Part shown: piece after piece, positions 56,926 to 64,000 of the stretch
Position numbering within the stretch: position 1 is the first letter of the stretch
How the letters are laid out: every line of letters starts with the position of its first letter
Assembly (NCBI GenBank): GCA_964016885.1
Contig: OZ024741.1
Coordinates: forward strand, 172,484,001-172,548,000
Length of the DNA: 64,000 nucleotides
DNA from: Eledone cirrhosa
Lineage: Eukaryota
Direction: 5' to 3'
The notes under the pieces: generated by a model
The model's database searches: none
What the model was told of the DNA's origin: nothing
The model's input: only the letters and a program-made list of their open reading frames with translations
Translations under genes and position numbers: made by a program

Positions 56926-57087
56926 TGGTGTGTGTGTGTGTGTGCGTGTATAATAATAAAAAGAACGATTTGTTTTGCGTATTGAGTAGTGACTCGCGTT
57001 TCGCTATTGATCAGATCGAACCTTGAGCTGATCAATAGCGAAACACGCGTTACTACTCAATAAACATAATGAAGACATATCAAATCA

Positions 57088-57280
57088 TGGCAGTATCGGT
57101 AGAGAGTCGGACGCCATGCTTTGACGCAAAGAGTTACGGCCCTTTACATTCTGTCTTCAAATCCAGCAGAGGTTAACTTTGCCTTTTATCCTTACGGGGT
57201 CGATAAAATAAAGTACCAGTAATGTAATGGGTATTTGCTGGCCTTGTGCCAAAAGTAGAAACAATTATTATTATTATTAT
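57088..57280 (+). mobile_element. OR-like SINE with (ATT)n tail
   Basis: tggcagtatcggtagag..core..acaattattattattattat. Confidence 0.85.
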
Positions 57281-57396
57281 TACACTCTGCTTAGTTCTTC
57301 ACCTTTATACTTACTGGAAATTACGCATTGAGTGCTCACACTGGTGAACCTACAGTAACTGGACGTTACATTCCCTATATATATATATATATATAT

Positions 57397-57673
57397 ACGA
57401 TATTAACAAATGGAAACTATATTTATAAAACCATATTTATTTCATTATGCATATTTCAAGGACACCAAGTTAAATTATGGTGTGCTTTGATCAGATAAAA
57501 TATAATATAAAGCAGTTTTATAATTAAATATTCACATACCCTTAACGAATGCAACCATTATTGTTGGAAGCTCCCGGATGAAAGCACACCATAATTTAAC
57601 TTGGTGTCCTTGAAATATGTATAATGAAATAAATATAGTTTTATAAATATAGTTTCCATTTGTTAATATCGTA
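57397..57673. mobile_element. Family B fold-back with a hammerhead in each arm (57439-57501 -, 57575-57630 +)
   Basis: The arms are reverse complements. Cores CTGATCA and CGGATGA are each one change from CTGATGA; both have GAAA tatg(c/t)a TA atgaaat. Confidence 0.8.
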
Positions 57674-57864
57674 TTTTTACTCCAATTATTTGTTGAGTGC
57701 TTTATATCAGTTATAAAAATATCTGCTTGTTGTATCCCAACAATTTAAATAGAACTTTTACATATATATATATATATACAGTTATATACATACATACATA
57801 TATGTACATATTTGTATATGCATATATATATATATATATGTATATATATATTTATATATATATT

Positions 57865-57969
<105 letters not shown>

Positions 57970-58609
57970 AGATACGTATGCTGCAGTAATGCTGGTCCAG
58001 ACCTTTCACGAAAGTACAAAACAACAACGAAATCAAAGACACAGCCAAAAGTGAAACCACAATCCTATGCAACAGTGCAACCGCACCTTCAGTCAGAAAC
58101 TGGTCTCTAAACAAAACAAAAAACTATTTTTGCCATGATGAACCTAGCAAAAAAGATACAAAAAAAAACGTCTAGCTATCACACTACACCATCCTATGAT
58201 ATTACCTCAGTGCACTAACTCCCTCTATTGCTGTCACTAACATGCAAACACAAAACAAGCTCGTTGAAACATTAAAAACCAACCACTGCTCTAACCTCCA
58301 CATGTACAATGTGTCAACCTTTCCATCAATACATAAAAATGGAAGGTCCAATTCATTGAGGATTGGGTTGGTAACCATCCACACCGCATCCTTTTCTCCG
58401 TCCTTACATCTCGACAACTCCCGGAACGTGTCGGCAGAAGGAAGGGTGACACTGCCATTTTCCTACGTGATTTCTTTACGGCAGATGGAAATACCTCATT
58501 CTCAAATAGCTACTGTGTATCAGTGACCGTGCACGACAAAGCCCATACTTCCCTTTAAAGAGTGCCCCAACAGCATTAACTATTTTACACAATAGTGCCA
58601 TTCCGCTAA

Positions 58610-60805
58610 CATATTTATGATGCTGAAAAATTGCAGAACTATTCTCCATCCCCATCTATAATCTTCCTCTTGTAGTATTGATGGCTCAGAACTTCTGAGT
58701 GTTTCCATCGAGTTCGATCTGCCAATATGCATTAGTTAAGTCAGTCATAGCGAAGAATCTTGCACAACTAAGTTTGCTGAAGATTGTTTCCATTTGTGGC
58801 AAAGGATAGGGTTCAGTGCATATCTTTTCATTCAAAGAAACTTTGTAGTCAGGACTTATACGAATTCGTCAATTTTTCTATCTAACCCAGACGACTGGAG
58901 AAGTATTGACTACGCCACCAGGAGGGCATTTCTTGAATTTACACCTCTGGCTACCAATGCATCCAGCTCCTTTACAACATCTTCCTAGAGCGTAATAGGC
59001 ACGCTTCGGGGGACACAGAATTTACGAGGTGTGTCAGAAAAGTTCCAGGACAGATGTCACAAAAGATTTATTTCAAACCCAAACTTCACACTAAGACTTT
59101 TCTCTATCAAAGTGTTTTTGAGTGGTGCAAGAGGTTTAAAGAAGGACGCGAGGACGTGGAATATGACCCCAGGAGCGGAAGGCCCTCAACAACCAGGACT
59201 GAGGTCAACGTTGAGCGCGTCAGGCAGATGGTGCGTAATGATCGTCGGCTGACTGTACGACTGATGGCAAATGAGCTGGGCATGAATCGGGACAGCATCT
59301 GGAAGATTCTCACTGAAGATTTGGATATGCGGAAAGTCTGCGCAAAGAAGGTGCCAAAACTGCTGAACGATGACCAGAAGGGTCGACGCATGCAAGTGTG
59401 CCAGGACATCCTCGAGCGTCTTGAAACCGAACCGAACTAGGGACAGTCATCACCGGTGATGAGTCATGGATCTTCGAGTACGACCCGGAGGGGACCCGTT
59501 TTGAAGACGTGGACGACATCAAAAGGGCCGTGACGACGGAATTGTGGAGGATCCTGAAAGAATCCTTCCAGGAGTGCATGCAAGCGTGGCAGAAAAGGTT
59601 GGAAAAGTGCATTAGACTCCAGGGGGTTACTTCCAAGGAGAAAACTCTTAGTGTGAAGGAGAAAACTCTTGGGTTTGAAATAAATCTTTTGTGACATCAG
59701 TCCTGGAACTTTTCTGACTCACCTCGTATCAGAGGCATTAAGTATTAATTTAACAGAAGCTTTAAAGTACCAGTAATGCACTGGGTAATTGCTGGCCTTG
59801 TGCCTAAAGTAGAAACAAGTATTAATTTAACAGAAGCTTGCACTACCTGATTGTTGGAAGAAGTGATTCAACGCTGCAAGCTGTTTAAACATTCATTAAA
59901 TCGTGACCTAGGAAACCATATTTTCAGCAGCATTTAATTACTTTGAAAGTATGAAGAAATTGTTGACCTCCTCACTTAACAGTAAGACAAGCATCACCAA
60001 CGCATTTCATGTAATATTCATCATATGATTCGTACGAAGTGCTGTTTTGTTATAGTCACGCCTATGTCATTTGACACTTTAGAAGAGATAATGCTGCATG
60101 GTGCACCCGTATCCTGCATCACGTAAACAATGTCAATGTAACCATTTAGGGAGACAGGTTCAAATATTGGTTTTTCAGCTATGTGACCGATAAGAATCAT
60201 GATTCCATCTTGACGAATTACCTTGTGAAGGTTCCTGGTACATAGTCGCGTTGGAATAAGCAATAACCTCCTTTTTTAATTGCTACTACAAAATTCGGAT
60301 ATTTGCGAAGAACGCTGTAGAAATGATTCACTAACTTCATTGGCTTGAAGAACGTTTTCTCTTTCTTCACTGCTTCTTAGACCGACAACTAACTGAGACA
60401 TTATGAGATTTCCAGTCATTGTCCTTTTAGACGTTTTCAGGCTCTCAAAATCGCAGTATTCACTGGCATGTCGATGTTTCGAAAGAAATTATGAAACTGA
60501 TTCACTGGGCTGTTGGCTAGTGGAGAAAATGTTGTTCTTTCTGCCAATATCAGTTTCTTTGAATGAGTAACATTTTTGAGATTAGCGTAAGTCATCTTCG
60601 TGAAATTGTTGGGAATGTTAATATATCGGACAATCTTTAATGCTTGTATTCCGACCAAAGAAATGAATTTCATAGCCATAGGACTTTTGCCACCATCTTG
60701 TATCTTATCCTCTACTTCGTCCACGTAAGCCTTTCCTTCAAAGGCCATGAAGCAGGTTATGACGTCTTCGATCGACTGTAAGAAATTGTCCTTGCCCTTT
60801 CCATT
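58610..60805 (-). mobile_element. Ty3/Gypsy remnant (gag, protease, RT) split by a mariner and a SINE fragment
   Basis: 58610-59012 reads VVKELDALVARG..SPVVWV..IRISPDYKVSLN..PYPLPQMETIFSKL..FFAMTDLTNAYWQIEL..MGMENSSAIFQ. Protease and gag are at 59845-60805. Confidence 0.82.
59025..59726 (+). mobile_element. Internally deleted mariner with both ~58-bp TIRs and TA TSD
   Basis: TA|CGAGGTGTGTCAGAAAAGTTCCAGGAC...GTCCTGGAACTTTTCTGACTCACCTCG|TA; HTH region, KKVPKLL and TGDESW. Confidence 0.93.
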
Positions 60806-61471
60806 GTCCTGTCTTGTTTATTTCCTTATGTGCGTAAGTAATTGAATAAGGAACAGTAATTTACAATCTTGTTTCCGTATGGTTACAAGATAAATTAAAA
60901 GAGAGAGACTAACTGTCATAGACAACTGTGATTTTAGCAGACAGATTCAAGAAGTTGTGTAAATAACATGGACTTTTGCCAGTGTTATGATGCAGTTACA
61001 CGTGTAAAAAGTATCACTAGCAGATTCTTCCGAAAATGCTTTAACCTTATGACACACTTTACAGAAATTCGGATGTACAGAGATGTTGCAAATCTCCGGT
61101 TTCATATACGGTCGTTTATAGAAGAGATGAAGATAGCAAAAGCCTTCTGCTACATGATGCAATTGGATTTCTGGTGGTCAGCATTGTCCGTGTGATTCCA
61201 CTAATAAGGTTAACCAAAAGAAAATGGAGTGTAAGAAAAGTTGTTGACATTGGAGAGACCACTCTGAACGGGTTGCACTGGGACGGACACGAAATAGATT
61301 TCCCACTTGATTAATAATATAAATGAATAATATAAATGTAACAAGAGCTAATAAATAGAATCAAACTTTAGATCTCATGACGGCGTCACTGCTTTGATGG
61401 ACAGCGTCTTGCCTATCAGACATACTCTTAGGATTAAATTAAACAAAAAACACATAAATAGAAACACAGGC

Positions 61472-61516
<45 letters not shown>

Positions 61517-62489
61517 ATTTCGCGTGCGCTCCGCAGTCATATGTCTCCTTAGCGAACAAGCATGACAAAATATGTGTCAAAACGGAAATGTTGGTAACCA
61601 ATCTGACGTGCTTCCAAGATTCCTGTCTACTCAATCTCAACTACAAAAGTTTAGATCGACCTCCGGTTATAGTAAAAGACGCTTACCAAGTCTGTCAGAC
61701 AATGGAATCAAGTTCTCATGATTTTGAAGCAAACCTCTCAACCACTTAGCCTTGCTTGCATTCATAAATATCTCGTCTGTCTGTGTGACAGCAGACCTGC
61801 CAACCTCTAAAATCCCAAACGGGGAGTGCCATAGAAGGATGTGTCCCAAAACGTGGAGAAATAAGGCAAAATGGGGAGATTTTTACATAATGAAAGCCAT
61901 ACCCATTTTCACAAGAGAAGACATCTCTCACCCACCCCAAAAGCTATTGCAAATCTCCCGGTCTAAAGAGGAAAGTTGACAGGTCTGTAATAGAGACATC
62001 ATTGCATGGTTTGTCGTACCTTTTATTCTAAGGTTGAATTGCTATTTTTAGAAGATCATATATTTCCAGTAATTTCACTGATTGTTCTTAACAACGATGT
62101 AGTTAATCACAAGTCAACCCAATTAAGTCAACCACACATATACACACGATACATATATACTTTTTTTCCGTTCAGTCGGGCTTATCTGCCTCGTTATTAT
62201 TAAACTATTATATTTAGTCAAATTTACAGCCAAAGTCTTCTAATTCAATTTTCGAATTCCGCTCGCCGTTTTTCTAAACACATTTGCTTTCTATATTTAT
62301 ATATCCCAAACAAGGGAACTTTATTATCTATATTTCTGATTATATATGTATATACATTCCTGGTGATTTCATAGGAATGAAACTGTTCTAGTCTTGTAGG
62401 AGTCATTTCTATATAAAATTTTAAAATGCATATACTCTACCAATGTACTGATTAACTTTTCAACTGTCATTACCCCAACACATTTTGGG

Positions 62490-62525
<36 letters not shown>

Positions 62526-62976
62526 ATGTCCATAGAATCATTTGATAATATATATACACCATTTCCTCTCCCAATTAGCATAATTTACCACACTAAAAAA
62601 AAAAATTAGACCAGGCTATAAGATTAAAAGGCACCTATGAAGAAATAGTAGATAAATAAATGACAGCCATCTCTTCGCGACCAACCGCCATAGAATATTT
62701 ACACAACATTTCAACAGCACGTAACAGCACGTAGAAATCGATTAAATATACCGTCAACCATACACAATTAGGTATAAAATTAAAGTTAGAAGAAAAAATG
62801 CAGAATTACGTTTCTACCCTATGGTTTCGTTCGCTTTCTGAAATATCCTATTAAGGATACAATCTAGAGTTTCGAACTCATCAGGAAACAAACTCATTTG
62901 GACAAAGGATTTTCTTAAGTGATATCCGCCAGAAACGAATTCAAAATGGCTAAGAACTGTGACATGGCAGTGGTCA

Positions 62977-63050
<74 letters not shown>

Positions 63051-63296
63051 TATATTTATTTATTTATTTAGGTTGGTTGAGGGCGACCGACTAAAGTAGA
63101 AGATGCTAGATGGTCGGTCGTCCTCTTGTCTATGATTTTCAGCCCCATGGATTTTATCTGTTATATTCCTTTGTTATATTTCGAATACCTGATGATATCA
63201 CCGGATTCATACGGAACCCGGTCATTGAAATGATCATAGTATAATAAACCTTTCAAGGATTTAGACAAGTCCAGCCTCCTATTATTTTATTATAAT

Positions 63297-63367
<71 letters not shown>

Positions 63368-64000
63368 AGGCCCACAAGGACTATCCATTTATTTTTGAGA
63401 CTCGAAACCGTTCGGTAAAGGTAACCATAGCAGGTACAGTGAATCTTTTAAAATTTATTTTAAAACTTTTTCTTATTTGCTAAACCTTGATTATATATGT
63501 TCTGGCTTGTTAATTTATTAAGCTGCCATAGAACCACATTGGCATACGGTTGGATAATACATGTGTCCCTATATGTATTTTGCATGTAGGGACATATACT
63601 TTATTATTATTAATCTCCCCCTGGTCGAGATAACATCTGGTCGTTTTGACTGCTGCTATTTATAGCGGTAGTAGATTGACCTCTCCGCCTCTGCCTTCTA
63701 TCTTTACACACGGCACTGGACAGAATTGCTTCCACATCATTCATTCTCATCTCGGGGACAATTTTGAATAGCACCAGTTCGTAATTCGAACTCGGAAATT
63801 TTATATTCTCCGAGTGAAAAGAACCTTCTGACGAGTGAAAAGAACCTTCTGACGAGAGTTTTTCTTTTCAATGGAGGCCCGCAAGGACTATCCATTTATT
63901 TTTAAAACTCGAAACCGTTCGGTAAAGGTAACCAAAGCAGGTACAGTGAGTTTTTCAACATTTCTTTTAAAACTTTTTCTTATTTGCTAAAACTTGATTA

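Overview
This is eukaryotic, very AT-rich DNA saturated with microsatellites. The SINE families resemble those I recall from octopus, so it is probably a cephalopod (inference). I see no intact host gene, and nearly all listed ORFs are microsatellite translations. The window is dominated by Penelope-like retroelements (PLEs): one Neptune-type 3' fragment and three Naiad-type copies, one of which allows a ~3.7 kb monomer to be rebuilt. It also holds RTE and CR1 LINE fragments, tRNA-SINEs, a Gypsy remnant carrying a nested mariner, a hAT-like MITE and a large near-identical duplication. The main hidden signal is about 30 type I hammerhead ribozyme (HHR) motifs found by eye, belonging to many unrelated sequence families. 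Several sit in non-coding tandem units of ~430-450, ~509, 594 and 616 nt, or in fold-back hairpins inserted into (TA)n. The 594- and 616-nt units are diverged homologues that keep the same extended HHR fold with covariation and a U3-A8 core. They are candidates for a retrozyme-like circular-RNA family mobilised by Naiad. All structures were read by hand and none was computed.
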